A stretch of DNA of 63,452 nucleotides, filler included, from Rhabdomonas costata (taxonomy: Eukaryota): NCBI GenBank assembly GCA_019059605.1. It is 50 parts of 50 records of this genome, joined end to end, with 100 filler letters (N's around TTAATTAATTAA, not from the genome) between each part and the next. Parts side by side here need not be neighbours in the genome. Positions count along the whole stretch, not along the records: positions 1 to 1,172 come from JAHMHO010025138.1; positions 1,273 to 2,444 come from JAHMHO010025139.1; positions 2,545 to 3,716 come from JAHMHO010025140.1; positions 3,817 to 4,988 come from JAHMHO010025141.1; positions 5,089 to 6,260 come from JAHMHO010025142.1; positions 6,361 to 7,531 come from JAHMHO010025143.1; positions 7,632 to 8,803 come from JAHMHO010025144.1; positions 8,904 to 10,074 come from JAHMHO010025145.1; 42 more parts are not named here. One strand, 5' to 3'. Shown piece by piece: positions 1-12,950 of this stretch. The position numbers and the translations under genes were made by a program. Within the stretch, counting starts at the first letter, position 1, and the number at the start of each line of letters is the position of its first letter. The notes under the pieces are model-generated. The model was not told the origin of the DNA and did no database searches. It saw only the letters and a list, made by a program, of their open reading frames with translations.

Positions 1-1172
1 CACAAACGCAGCCACCGCCACCGTCAGCAGAACTTCAGCCGCCACCCGTCCGGGGTTGGAAGGAAGGAAACGCATTCTGGACGATGTTGCTGTAGAAAAA
101 GGCAGCGGAGCGGGGGAGTGCTGTTGTTTGGTAACAGTTAACTTAGCAAATATTGACAGGTTAAACCGAACCTAAAGGTTCTGGAACCGCTTTTCAGTGG
201 TGGGGGTGCCTTATGGCGAGCTACCGTCCCGGTCGGTATCCGGTACGGCAGCAGCTGCAGCGGTGGGGTAGCAACCGTTCTAAGTCTTCTTACTACCGCT
301 ACCCTTCTTACTACCGCTACCTGTGTCTTAGTGAGCGAGGAAGTCCGACTGACAGGAGTATTGCACCACTAACGTTGGTTAACACGAGAAGACGAAGTTA
401 GCGGGCAGCTCTAAGCTGTTGTGTGCTGCTGGGAAAGGGGGCTGTTGTTAACAGCAAACCCGCACACTTTTCGAGGACTGGTTACGAGTACGGACACACA
501 GGATACAATTCGTCCAAGTACAACGCACGCTATCCTACAACTTTTGGTCTAGGAAGAACGTGCCAAGGAAAGGGCGAGTGTCTTCCAACGCGGCGGAGGT
601 GAATGGTCATGATGAAGCTTTCGGTGAACAAACGGGCCTCGCTTTTTAGGGGGGTGTGTCATTAGAAGCGGCTCTAGTGGGACGTGATCTGACCACTGAT
701 TTCTACATTCCTTGGTCAAAGAGAGACTATGAGACTCCTGCCGTGCTAGCCGAGCCAAGGCTGCAACCCCGCTCCTGGAGACATGCAGCCGTGCGACAGA
801 CCACAAAAGGAGTTGTCATCCAGGTGAGATCCCATGCAGTAGGCAACATCACATTAAAAAGAAAACCACCTGTGCTGTGCTCGTGACAAACCAATGCGTT
901 ATGCCGTGCGGAAAACGAGGTTAAATGTAAAAGAGCTGCACCAGTGGGTTAAACATGAACCCTCCATTGGCGACGATAACTAGTAAGGTTTCTGGAACCT
1001 GCCAAGACTAGTCACACGCTACCACACGTAAGTGGAGTACACGGGGAAATCTTCACGGCCAATGGTAAAACTTGCAAATGGAGGACAAAGGCAAACCAAA
1101 GAGGAACCTCAGTCTGTAGCTTGAAAAAAAAGTCTACAGATCACATTTAAAGCCCAATAAAGACACAAACCC

Positions 1173-1272
1173 NNNNNNNNNNNNNNNNNNNNNNNNNNNN
1201 NNNNNNNNNNNNNNNNTTAATTAATTAANNNNNNNNNNNNNNNNNNNNNNNNNNNNNNNNNNNNNNNNNNNN
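1173..1272. other. Artificial contig spacer (first of 49; last at 62183-62282)
   Basis: 44 N + TTAATTAATTAA (stops in all six frames) + 44 N, recurring about every 1270 nt. Confidence 0.99.
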
Positions 1273-3863
1273 GTTTGTGGCTATTGCTGGGCTGCTTCGG
1301 ACGTAATCCCTTCTTTTACTGAGTTTAGGTTTTTGGGGGGATTATAAGTCTAAAGATTTTTTGGGGGTATTTTTAGAGGTCGCATTGGGTCGTCGCACCT
1401 CCGGCCCTTAATCAGTGCAAAGCCAGCGACACCTGGAATAAAATCGAGCCGGGTTGGGAACCCGCAAAGTCGGTTCTATTTCCGCTCACAATATTAAATC
1501 ACAGAATCACAAAATAATAAACGTAGGCGGAAGGGGCGGTGATCCGGGTACACCCGGGTACACCCAGCTCCAGTGGTTGGCGGTCACCCTGTTCTGGGGC
1601 CCCATGTGCTTCCAGTTATTCACGGTGCTCACCTTAATTCCAAGCGGCGATATTAGCTCGACAATGTTGCCATGGACTCCCAATTACTACTCCCAATTAT
1701 AAGAGAATGAACAACACATTAAAATGCAATTGGAATTTTATTCTTCACTTATTGACTCCATGCAAACTATTCGCACTGGCTGTTTGGGTGCGTTCCCCCC
1801 CCCCTCGCAAGCTTTTCTTGAGTCAGAGTGCGATGTCCACTCAAACAAAGCGAAAGTCGGATTGGTTAGGTTTCGCAAAGCCTCTCTCCATTCACACTTT
1901 TCATGAGTGTTGTTCGCTACTCAGCCGCGAATTTCTAACTCCATTAACTCATTAACTCATTATTGATTTTTCGGTGAGGCAAAAGGACGCAGAAGGGCTG
2001 TGGCGCTTATCACTAATCACGGACCGAGTTGTAATGCAAGTGTGTATGTATGAGTTCCGTCCTGATTGTATTTTTTCGAGCTCTCTTCCTGCTGCTGTGT
2101 GCGTTGGTCTTTTTCTGCAATACTGGGCCTTACCCTTGTATACTTTCTCGTTTCTATTGAAACTCCCTGTCTTGCGTCGGTCGAACGGCGAATGCCGCAC
2201 GTTCGGCGCACACTTCCGGGGACGAGCAGAGCGGAAATACTCGATGATGCATGGCAACCAACCTCGACGGATTCCGGGGGAACTTCTCTTCCACAGGCAC
2301 TGCCCGTGTCATGCTGTATCTCTTTCTCCCTGTTTTTATGTCAGCGTATTTGTTCATCCTTCAATCCTGCAATGCAAAAAGTAGTACGTCAGGAGCAGCG
2401 CCAGCGCCTCAATATGATACGGATAGTGCAAGACACCACCCCCCNNNNNNNNNNNNNNNNNNNNNNNNNNNNNNNNNNNNNNNNNNNNTTAATTAATTAA
2501 NNNNNNNNNNNNNNNNNNNNNNNNNNNNNNNNNNNNNNNNNNNNTGTGTGTTTGATTACCCCCCTCCTCTCTGGCACGTTTGAGGAGTGCGATGGACGAA
2601 GTGACCCACACGCAGCATAGTCCAGGCTCAGGACAAATAGGAGGGTTTTCCATGCAGGTATACCTGTTCAGGGATTTTGGAATTTTTCTTTATGTTGAAG
2701 TGCTCACCATACGCTGCAGGGATGGTGCTTTCATCCTCGGCAGGAATGTGTGTCTGCCCCTACGCTGCTAATTTGTCGTTTTTAGATTTGACCCGCTTAT
2801 TGTCCCAACGCAGCGGACTGTTTCTCTATGGCACTCACAAAGTATTACCCCCAATACCCCGCAGCCTAAAAAGATGAGGACCCCGTCAACATATTACATA
2901 TTACATATTAGAATGATTGGCAACCTGGAGGGAGGAGGGCGTAGAAAGCGAAGGGCTGCACTATTACGTGCCGCCCCAGCGCAGCCGCCGTTTGGGACAC
3001 CCAGTGCGGATTGGAGAGAATGGTGTCCGAATCGATCCATACAACCTAATCAACAATGCAAACACCCAACACATATGAGACTGGTGTCGGGGGTGTGGCG
3101 AGGAAGGCACACACACTTGGTGCACACTTGGCAAGGATGAGGCACACACACAATCATCAGCTGCACACAACAGTGTCCTGGCACCACAAAGGTAGCGTAG
3201 ATAGCCTCTCCCTGAATCCCAGTCACCAAAAAAAAGGCTGCACTTCTGGACACCGCAACGTTTCCCTGTTTGCATCTCTCAAGACAGAAAGAAGAAGACA
3301 ACACTGACAGCAACAATGTCCAGAGATTTGTTCCATCTTTCAAGGCCCTATCAACCTTTCTATGCTATCTTTTCCAGACACCATTAGAACAGTACGCACT
3401 TCTTTTGAGAGAATGTTTGCGAACAATCCATGCGGAGCAGTTAGGGTAGAAAGACGACTCCAACAACATCCAACTCTCACGGACACACCTTGTCACAAGA
3501 CTGCGGAAGTCGGTCCTGCGTAAGGGAAAAGAGAATTAAACGATGATCACATTGCGGTGGTGTTTTCTATTTCAAGCAAATCAGAAGCGAACTGCCTTAA
3601 CTATTATTAACTTATCCCATCCTCCCACTCGGTACTCCGCACACCAGGGCGACGTTCAGAAGAGACTCCTTGGAGACAAGAGCAGAGTCCGGCAGCTCGT
3701 GCTTCACCCACCACCCNNNNNNNNNNNNNNNNNNNNNNNNNNNNNNNNNNNNNNNNNNNNTTAATTAATTAANNNNNNNNNNNNNNNNNNNNNNNNNNNN
3801 NNNNNNNNNNNNNNNNGTTGCGTTCAAAACTCAGACGTAAAACCGGCCATGTCTGATTTTTAG

Positions 3864-4848
3864 TTGCACGCAGTGTCCGTGAAACTATCCACGGAAGTTA
3901 TTCCCGATAATCAGCTGGGCTTTACACCGTGGTCAAATGGAGCCCAGACCGCGATCTACACGGTCCGAATGGACCAGCAATCTCTGTGCATGGTGGTTTT
4001 TTGCAACGCCTTCAAACAAGTCAGTCGCCAGTCATGTTGCCAGCCACTTGCTGACATCTACCCACTGTTGAATGCATGGTAAAGCTGGTCTCTCTCGGCT
4101 GCAGTACCGGTGGTCAGTGGAGGGCCTCTCTTTTAGACCCACCACTGGAGTGCTTTAAGTAGACACACTGTCGGTCCAACTCTTATGCATTGCCACCGCG
4201 CCAATTCTCCGTGGACTCTGACTGGAAGGAACTGGCCGTGGCGTGTGGTAAATTTACGAGTGGGTGCTCAACGTCGAACCCAAAGGAGTGAAACTCGCTT
4301 TTATATAGCTTAATGAGCAACTCCACACCATCGGGCTGGAAGTCAGCGAGCGCAAGTGCTAGCTGTACTACTAAGGTCCGGTCCTGATCCGCATGACATC
4401 AGTCAGGTGCCTTCAATCCACTGGAACTACGAGGGCACATATCTTGTGGTAACACTGTCGTCTCGTCCAAACCGCGCATTCGAAGCTGCCATAAAACGCT
4501 GGCAAAGTGTCTTACAAGCGTTCCGACGCATGGCTGTGCAGTTTCCCCCCAAAAAACTGAAACTTTTAAACGCATGACTTGGATCCTGTCGAATAAACAC
4601 ATCTCAAAGGCAATTTCAAGTGACGAGTGAACTCAACAATATCCCAGAGGAAGGACGGGAAATGCGCACTTTTGCAGACCATCATCACACCGGAAGTACG
4701 TCCTCAGGCCACACTCGGCAGAAAACACGGTGGACTGGGTATCAGCGACTTCATGGCAACCTTGTCCAGCGCACTTTGGGCGATGCACGGAAGCAACGGA
4801 AACGAATTTCTTCAGCGGCGGAACAACACAACCACGCTGAAAGCGTAA
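3864..4848 (+). mobile_element. Degenerate non-LTR retrotransposon reverse transcriptase, CRE/SLACS-like
   Basis: RT motifs in order with in-frame stops: QLGF..GAQTAI..NAFKQVSR; TTGVL*VDTLS (GVxQGDxLS); W*IYEWVL (YxDD site); IGLEVSERKC; GTYLVV; later KHGGLGI. Confidence 0.8.
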
Positions 4849-5290
4849 ATTGCCAGAGCAGCGCTCTTCTACGCGCAGCAATGTGTGAAGACAAAGCTGA
4901 CCGTGCCACTACCCGAGGCTCATTTCCCGCATGTCCTGACACTTCAATTTCACGGGGCCACAAAAGCACAATTCTTTTAAAGCTTGTTNNNNNNNNNNNN
5001 NNNNNNNNNNNNNNNNNNNNNNNNNNNNNNNNTTAATTAATTAANNNNNNNNNNNNNNNNNNNNNNNNNNNNNNNNNNNNNNNNNNNNTGTGTGGTTGAA
5101 ATAGCAAGTGTAGCTTGCACTGCCCTGGGATGCGATGCAATGCCTTGGCTGAGCGGGCTGTGCCTGTAGAACGTGTTAGGTGTAGTGCAACTCTTTCAGG
5201 ACGCGACACGTGAAGAAGTAACTTTTTCCACTTCGTTCTTCTGCATGCATTAGGGCTCTCGTGCAGTTGCTTTTCGTGCATTGCCGCACT

Positions 5291-6133
5291 ATGCCGGCAA
5301 AGATGTCCTCTCGCCATATCGAGAAAAGCACAATTGCCACACTTCCGGATGACTGCCTGAGAACTATTTTCGCCTTCGTGGAGTCCCACTACCGTCTCTG
5401 CGAGGTTTGCGTCCGGTGGTCTTCTCTGCATCACCACCAGTACGTGAAGTTCGCTGTACTGGAAGATGAGGATGCCAGGGATGCAGCAGTGGAGTTGCCC
5501 GCCATACTGCAGTCTGGGGTTCAGCGGCTGCGATTGTTTATTGGGTTTGATATTTCCAGCATGAGAGCATCGCAACTGTTGACATCTGTGCTGCAGCATC
5601 GCCCTGTTATCGACTGGCTGAGCATCTACAGGTTTGCATCGGACCTGGATGCCAGCTTCTGCCAGAAGATTGCGTCCCTCCGTGGTCTGCAGCAGTGCAG
5701 CTCGTTGATGCTGTGTTTGCGGAAAAGTTCCCCATTCTTACCACTTTCTGAGGACCTTTGGATGCAGTTGTTTGAAACAGTGCACATACCCAACCTCACA
5801 ACATTTTCTCTGGAAGTGGAGTCAGACAGCCTTTCCTGGGAAGTCTGCCCTGCCCTGCGAAAGCTTGCATCCACGTGCCCCCGTTCTGTCGCGGTGAAGG
5901 TCGAACTTCGACTGAACGCCGTTTCAGAGGACGAAAAAGCGGCCTTGCAGCAGCTGTGGAGTTCTCACCGCTTTTCTTTGACGTGTGCACGAGACGACGA
6001 GGAAGAAGAAGCGGACGACCAGGAGTGGTACGATGAAGAATTCGCGGACTTGATAGAGTACATGGGGTTTCCGGATTTTCCTCAGTCATATGGCGGTTGG
6101 GGTGATGGGGACGATTGGGATGATGCGTACTGA
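5291..6133 (+). CDS. Intronless F-box protein (280 aa) with LRR-like middle and acidic D/E/W tail
   Basis: Complete ORF; N-terminal LPDDCLRTIFAFV...LCEVCVRW matches the F-box consensus; pyrimidine-rich tract and CAG upstream (5266). Confidence 0.8.
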   Translation: MPAKMSSRHIEKSTIATLPDDCLRTIFAFVESHYRLCEVCVRWSSLHHHQYVKFAVLEDEDARDAAVELPAILQSGVQRLRLFIGFDISSMRASQLLTSVLQHRPVIDWLSIYRFASDLDASFCQKIASLRGLQQCSSLMLCLRKSSPFLPLSEDLWMQLFETVHIPNLTTFSLEVESDSLSWEVCPALRKLASTCPRSVAVKVELRLNAVSEDEKAALQQLWSSHRFSLTCARDDEEEEADDQEWYDEEFADLIEYMGFPDFPQSYGGWGDGDDWDDAY

Positions 6134-6748
6134 TCGGATCTGTTTTGCAGGGGTGTCTTATTCGGATGCTTTGTGAGATGACAATGTTTGATACTCGGTA
6201 CTCGGTACTTGGTATTGTTTGGTACCCATGGGTTCCGCTGTGATTTTCATCCCACAAAACNNNNNNNNNNNNNNNNNNNNNNNNNNNNNNNNNNNNNNNN
6301 NNNNTTAATTAATTAANNNNNNNNNNNNNNNNNNNNNNNNNNNNNNNNNNNNNNNNNNNNGTTGTTTTTTGTTTTTCTCCAATCCGGTGATTTCTTGGGG
6401 GTGGGAGGTGACGTCATTCTCTTTTGGTTTTGCCAGACATACACACACACATCTTAATGCTCGCTTCACACCGAAGTTGAGCTCCCCCAGGTGATGTGAC
6501 ACAAAAAAAAACGTGGGGGCTCGTACTGATTCTGGGGAGCACATCGAGTCCTAACCAATCTGTCCGCCATCATGAAGAAAACCTGTACATTAGTGTATCG
6601 CTTTGTATGGCAAAAATATATCATAAAATACCTGCGGGGCAATGTCCGCACCTGTTGTTGTTGTTTCACCTGTTGGGAACCTCCTTCGTTTTTGTTGCCC
6701 TTCAACCGCCCTTCTGTTCTGTGGCTTAGGGTGATGGGGGGGGGACAG

Positions 6749-6943
6749 GTGTGATTGACTTCGCCGGTGGGATTGTCATCCACACCACCGCCGGGGTGTC
6801 CTCTCTGATTTGCGCCTTGGTGCTTGGCCGCCGGGCCCACTTTGGGCCCACCTCGAACCCCCTCGACATCAACGAGGCCCACAACATCCCCATGTCCATC
6901 ATGGGCGCCGCCCTGCTGTGGTTTGGGTGGTTCGGGTTCAACG
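6749..6943 (+). CDS. amt: Ammonium transporter (Amt family), internal exon
   Basis: DFAGGIVIHTTAG..ALVLGRR..HNIPMSIMGAALLWFGWFGFN signature; AG/GT boundaries, phase 1-1. Confidence 0.95.
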
Positions 6944-8416
6944 GTTTGGTTTTTTTTTGCTTGTGCACCCCTCCCTGTCCACTCGTTTCTGCTTATTTTT
7001 GCGGTGCAAAGTGCGCACTCTGCGATTGTTGTTTGTTCTGCTAGCTCCTTTCCCCCACCTTCATATACAGTCCATACTGGTGCTGGTTCCCAGGGCGGCT
7101 TCCGCTGGATCAGCGCATCTTTTCTTCTGGTCGCGACTCAGTTTTGCGGCAAAGAAATAAATGCTGGGAGATGAGGAACCATCTCAACGATGTGCCCAAA
7201 ACTTCAGATGAAAAAATGACTCAAAGCTGCATCTTCCACCTACCGGTGGTTCCGGCGCTCAAAAGAGCATCCAGCGTGGAATGCAGGGGAGTGCTGGAAT
7301 GTAAAGGAGGAAACCCCTGCTGGTGTCTGGCATCCTGAATCAGGAGCAATGACATCTTCGACGGGTTCTCCCTCCCTTCTCAAAGGCAGACCCCTTTTTG
7401 TGCTGTAATATATTGGGCGTGCTCGGCAAGGGTACTGTTGCCCTTCAGCTCAGCACAGGCGAAAAGAAGAAGAAGAAGAAAGTTACCCAGTGATAGATGC
7501 GCTTTATTTTTGACAACGGTTAACCAAACCCNNNNNNNNNNNNNNNNNNNNNNNNNNNNNNNNNNNNNNNNNNNNTTAATTAATTAANNNNNNNNNNNNN
7601 NNNNNNNNNNNNNNNNNNNNNNNNNNNNNNNGGTGTTGTGGTGCTGGCGCGATAGTTGGAGGTGGTGACGGTGGTGGGTGGTGAGGGTGCTGGTGTGTGC
7701 GAATCGGGGCTGTCGGCGTGTGTGAACTTACCCATGGGTGTGCTTGCTTGTCCATCTGTTGACTTGTGGTGTGGGATCGGAGGTGTGGGTGCGTTGGAGG
7801 GTTCCGTGGTGTGTGGTTCGTCGTCGGTAGTGGTGTGGGTGATTGTCGTAGGGTTGGTACAGGTGTTGCTTGCAGGGTAGTTGGGGGTGTGGTTCATGGA
7901 TTCGAAGCGTGGGGTGGCTCTGAGTACGATGGTGCATGTGGCGTTGATGGTGGTGGGGTTGTGTGCGTTTGCGTTGTTGGGAGGTGTGGATGGTGGGGTG
8001 TTGGCGGGTGGTGCGGTGATCTCGGCGAGATAGACCTCTGTCCCACCACCGGTCTACCCCATACACTTGGTCTGTATCTAACCGGTGAAACGGTTCTGTG
8101 GAATCCTCCTTTTCCTCTACTCAAAAAGCGTCCCCCCTGGGGTACACTCTGGTCGTTGGGGATGTGGGTCTAGGTGACGTGGTCCTAAATGCGTTTGCTT
8201 GCGCCTCTCCACGTTCCACAAACGGCACCCTTCTGGGCGGCGACGCGATAGGCCACTGCAAAGTTCCTGACGTCATGGCTTCCCAACCCCCGTCAACCGA
8301 CATCCCACTAAGGCCTCTTGAGCTAGCACTGACCACCCCCGCACTCTCTGAACCGTGTGATTGAATTCGAGCGGTTCAAAGTACCGCGCCCCTCCAAACG
8401 GCGAGTTACCGTATCT

Positions 8417-8803
8417 CATGGAATACAGCTCCATTCCTGTCGGTTTCGCTGTCGCTTTCTCCGCTGGCGGCGCGACAACAATGACCTTGGTTGGCGCTCT
8501 GGGTTTCCTGTTGAACTCCCAGGATGCTTCAACGTTTTTCTGCAAACTCAAAAGCTTTTCCGTCATCAGCCTGCATTTATGTCTCCAACACTTGAATGAA
8601 AAGGTACATCAAGTGTAAGTCATGAACAAAAGGACAACATCTTAGTAGCTTGGCTCCCAGTGTGAACTGAGACACAAAAAACTGAAAGTTTCCGTCAACT
8701 CTCAGCTTATCCAATCTCCACAAAATGTTGTACTCAAAAGTGTCCGAACAGAACCTGGTCTTCAAGTAAGCTACAAACGCGTCCCACGTCTCAAACGTCT
8801 GAG
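8417..8803 (-). mobile_element. Degenerate Ty3/gypsy-type Gag fragment
   Basis: TWDAFVAYLKTRF...LDKLRVDG..FVSQF...D..LMYLFIQVL, then PTGMEL (PxPMEL-like); stop and frameshift present. Confidence 0.65.
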
Positions 8804-8922
8804 NNNNNNNNNNNNNNNNNNNNNNNNNNNNNNNNNNNNNNNNNNNNTTAATTAATTAANNNNNNNNNNNNNNNNNNNNNNNNNNNNNNNNNNNNNNNNN
8901 NNNGGCACGGGAGACAGATGTG

Positions 8923-9909
8923 AGCGCAGTCCGAATTTCTGCCCTAAGACAATACAGTGCAAAAAGCACCCCCTGTCCCCCTCCCGGCCGAGCAAGCAAC
9001 GGTGCACCCGAGAAAAAGATGAAAGCCGAGGCACAAAGCAGGACCAACAGCCTCCAATAAGTAGGGAAAGAGGGGATTGCGCGGAGCCAAGAGTCAGAGT
9101 CAGAGCCACAGGGAGGTAAGCCTGATAAAAAAGAGAAGCGAGAAAAATCACAAGGGGGCGGGGGATGCGCGAGGAGCAAGGGGGCATCGTGCACTTCCAC
9201 GACAGAAGGGAAGTGTACGAGGTCACAGCGGCACCCGACCCCAACGTCCCAGCCTTTGCAGGGCTGTGAACAGTGAGCGAGGACAGAGATGGGAGGACCT
9301 GTAATAAACAAAAGGGAGGGGCAGAGAAGGTTGATCTGACAGGAGAAACGCAAAGCGCCCCGACTCTTCTCACACATCGGCTCGTTTTTCTGAACTCACA
9401 CTTTTCTCGCTTCCACGGAAACGTCCAAACGATGCTTCGCCTTTCTCCTGCACAAAAAAGGGGGTGGGGGCGGTGACGCAAACAAAAAGGCCCACAGACA
9501 CCAGTGACGGCGCTAATCAGAAAAGGCCACACGCAAGCACGACAGAATAGATAATGGAGGTTGCGGACTCCATAAAACGGGCCGTGTTGAGTGGATCATG
9601 AAGTAAAAAGAAAAGCAAAGAAAAATCACAAGGGGGCAGGGGATGCACGAGGAGCAAGGTGGCATCGTGCATCCCCTGCCCCCTTGTGATTTTTCTTTGC
9701 TTTTCGTCTTTCTCAGGCTTATCTCCCTGTGGAATGCAAACTCTTGGCTCCCCGCAATCCCCTCTTTCCTCACTTATTGGAGGATGTTGGTCCTGCTTTG
9801 TGCCTCGGCTTCATCCTTCTCTCCGGTGCTTCGTTGCTTGCTCGGCCGGGAGGGAGACAGGGGTACTTTTTGCTCTGCATTGACTTAGGACAGAAATTCG
9901 GACTGCGCT
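8923..9909. repeat. Fold-back structure: diverged inverted copies (about 250 nt) plus a perfect 41-bp hairpin
   Basis: 8923-9170 is an inverted diverged copy of 9665-9909; 9610-9650 and 9665-9705 are a perfect inverted repeat with a 14-nt loop. Confidence 0.9.
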
Positions 9910-11557
9910 TGTGCTTATCCTGGTATGTGTGTGCATCTCTGCAAACCTTCGGGAATCGCGGCGGTGGGGAAATGCGTCCCTTGCTTAAATTGATAGGATG
10001 GACATCGCTGAACCGCTGAACACAGGCGCATCTGCCCATTGCCACGTCTGTCTCCACAAATGTACCCCCAAAACNNNNNNNNNNNNNNNNNNNNNNNNNN
10101 NNNNNNNNNNNNNNNNNNTTAATTAATTAANNNNNNNNNNNNNNNNNNNNNNNNNNNNNNNNNNNNNNNNNNNNGCACCAGCGCAAAAACCACTAGCAAC
10201 AACAAAGCCCGCTCCCTTCCGTGCGACAGGAAACACTGCCTTTCGAAAGACAAAAACCCTCCCTGTCGCATCCTCAAGAACATGCGTAATGAAGAAACCA
10301 AAAAGAATAATAAAAAGAGTAAGTGAAAGGGTTCAGAGCGGGCACAGGGGAAGTTTGCGCTGGCAGCGTCATACGTAGAGGAATTGTTCCGCTCAGATGA
10401 CATACAAGCACTCTGGGAACCCTAATCCATAATCCTATCAGCGTAGGTGTGGAGCTCTTCTGAGGTGGACTTTCGTTTGCACCCAATACTTCACTATAAG
10501 TATCTGCAGAACAGCCAGCATTGTTTCTGCACGGCGAATTGCATACTTTTGCGAGAAAAAAATGAGCCAATAAAAAAGAGAAACATCTGAAAAGAACTCC
10601 AAAGAGAGAAGGAATGAAAAGCATCACGCAAGCGTGGATGGGCCAGAGGGCAACACCCCCTCTCACAATCCACGAACCACGCCATTCATCGCCTCTAAAA
10701 GCTGAGGTGCCAAAACCTGTGCACACGAACAGATACACGGATGAAGGCAACGACGACGAACGTGGAACAAATCCCCGTTCGCTCCGCCCCAGGAGAGGCA
10801 GGGTGATTAACGAATAAATAAGCAAACTTCAGCAAACAATCGCACCCATTCACGTAAGGATTGCCCATGACAGGACAATCCGAAAATCCGAATCCACCGG
10901 GGCTAACACCTTGTCCACAGTTACCACAGTTTGGCAGCTTGTGTGTGTGACATCCTGCTCCAACCTTGACTTAAAGGCACCTGTGCTCTTTATCAAGTTG
11001 TGCAAATCCTTACCGGTTACGGACACAGTGAGTCATGCGATGAGTGAGACAAGCGCGAATTTTAACTCAACATCATCCTCCGGCCATCATAAAAAGCAGT
11101 CCGATGAGACGCGAGCATACCGGCTTCGTGAGCACAGCCCGCATTCCGCACCCCAGACACTGCTCATGAAGAGCCGCGGTGTGGTCCGCTGTCACCCCTG
11201 TGCATCACCACCAGTAAAGTACCACGGAAGAGAAGGGAAAGGGAAACAACTCAGCGTCTTCGGGAAACGGCCTTAAAAAACGGCCTGGGCAATCCAGTAT
11301 ACGGTATATGATAATACAGCCAGGCACTTGAATGGTAATTCTGNNNNNNNNNNNNNNNNNNNNNNNNNNNNNNNNNNNNNNNNNNNNTTAATTAATTAAN
11401 NNNNNNNNNNNNNNNNNNNNNNNNNNNNNNNNNNNNNNNNNNNGGGGTTTTGGTTTTGCCTTTGCAGCCATGTGGAATGCCAGACGATGATTCATCAAGG
11501 CTGGATGGCGCGCGGTGAGCATAAGGTCATTATTGTTGATTCCACTCCCACAGACAC

Positions 11558-11795
11558 CTCACAGTAAGGCGCTGCCCCGCCTGCACGGGGCGCACCACTC
11601 GCAACACAATCTCTGCAGTGGGGCCGCCCTGCATCACCTCCACGGTGGGATCACAGCTGTGGTTCATGCACGCCTGCAGCAGGTACACCCCCGCGCCGTG
11701 AACAGCGGGAGCAGAACCAGAACCACTACCACCACTGCTTTGGAAGCCGTCCACGGCATTACCGGAAGTGACAGCCGCACGACCAAGCTCGCCAC
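11558..11795 (-). CDS. SET-domain (SMYD-like) lysine methyltransferase exon
   Basis: GAGVYLLQACMNHSCDP...IVLRVVRPVQAGQRLTV(S); TAG acceptor, GT donor. Confidence 0.85.
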
Positions 11796-12914
11796 CTATA
11801 AACCCAAAAATTATGTGCTTCGTAATGCGCAACCATTCGACTATATACGTGAACGTGAAAAAGGAGATGTAGAATTCGCTTCGAAGTATAGGTCAATATT
11901 GGATAGGTCAATATTAGGCCAAATAATCAATACAAAGACAAAACGTTGCCAAAGTGCGGACGTGAGCATGAAAAATTGCTGAATGTGGAATTCGAGCTGT
12001 GATGGCGGTGGCTCATTCGTCCAGTAGAGTTCTGGTAGAGGTCGAATCTACCCAGTATAATCACACTCCACACAATCACATGCTTTTCACACGAGGCATT
12101 CCACCTAGTGCACCCTTCCGACTTTCGTGAAGAACAAAATATGCTACAGCTCGTTACGCCGTATACTCCGAGCACATGCTTTTTTGCCTCAGAAACGTGC
12201 AAACGCAGTATGAAGTATGATATACTTCATGCATACCAGCCTAGACGGATGTTATAACATACCAAATTATGGATGTAACTTACCGTAGAGTTGAGTAATT
12301 ATGGTGGATTATGGTGAGTAATTATGGTGGAATGCTGAAAAGCACTGTGGGAGAGGAGATGGCCAGACCCAAGGTTTGGGCAGAGGGTGGTGGATGATCC
12401 CGGCCACTACTGCCATTGTTTTAGTCCGAGCCAAAAGGGTGGTGCAAGTACCGAGACGATGCTCGGGTATAGGGCAAGCACCTCTCGCAGTTGTGGTAAG
12501 GAAGCTCTGGCTGTTCACCAGAAGCCTGCCTAAGATGTCATCCACCGCTTCAGGAGACAGCAGCGTGTCGGCCCACCATTGCCCCAAGCACTTCTGCAAG
12601 CACCACCCCACCNNNNNNNNNNNNNNNNNNNNNNNNNNNNNNNNNNNNNNNNNNNNTTAATTAATTAANNNNNNNNNNNNNNNNNNNNNNNNNNNNNNNN
12701 NNNNNNNNNNNNCCCCTGAAATCCTGGCAGGCTGTGGGGCTGATGGTGGTGGCGTGGGGTCAGGGTGTGTGCTAGGGTCAGGTGGTGGAGGTGATCGTGT
12801 GTGCTGGGCTGGGACGTGGGGTGCGTGTGAGGATGCTGAGGTGGGTGGTGACGGTGGTGGTTGCGTGAGTTGGGGTCGTGAGTTGGGGTCGTCGCGTGGG
12901 TCTTTGGTTTCCGG

Positions 12915-12950
12915 TTTCGGCATTCGGCATTCGGCATTCGGCATTCGGCA
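12915..12950. repeat. (TTCGGCA)5 tandem heptamer
   Basis: Direct reading. Confidence 0.9.

Noticed and set aside
7632-8030. Overlapping ORFs in G/T-rich tracts (also 12713-13130)
   Set aside because: Low-complexity strand-skewed sequence lacks stops by composition; no protein signal
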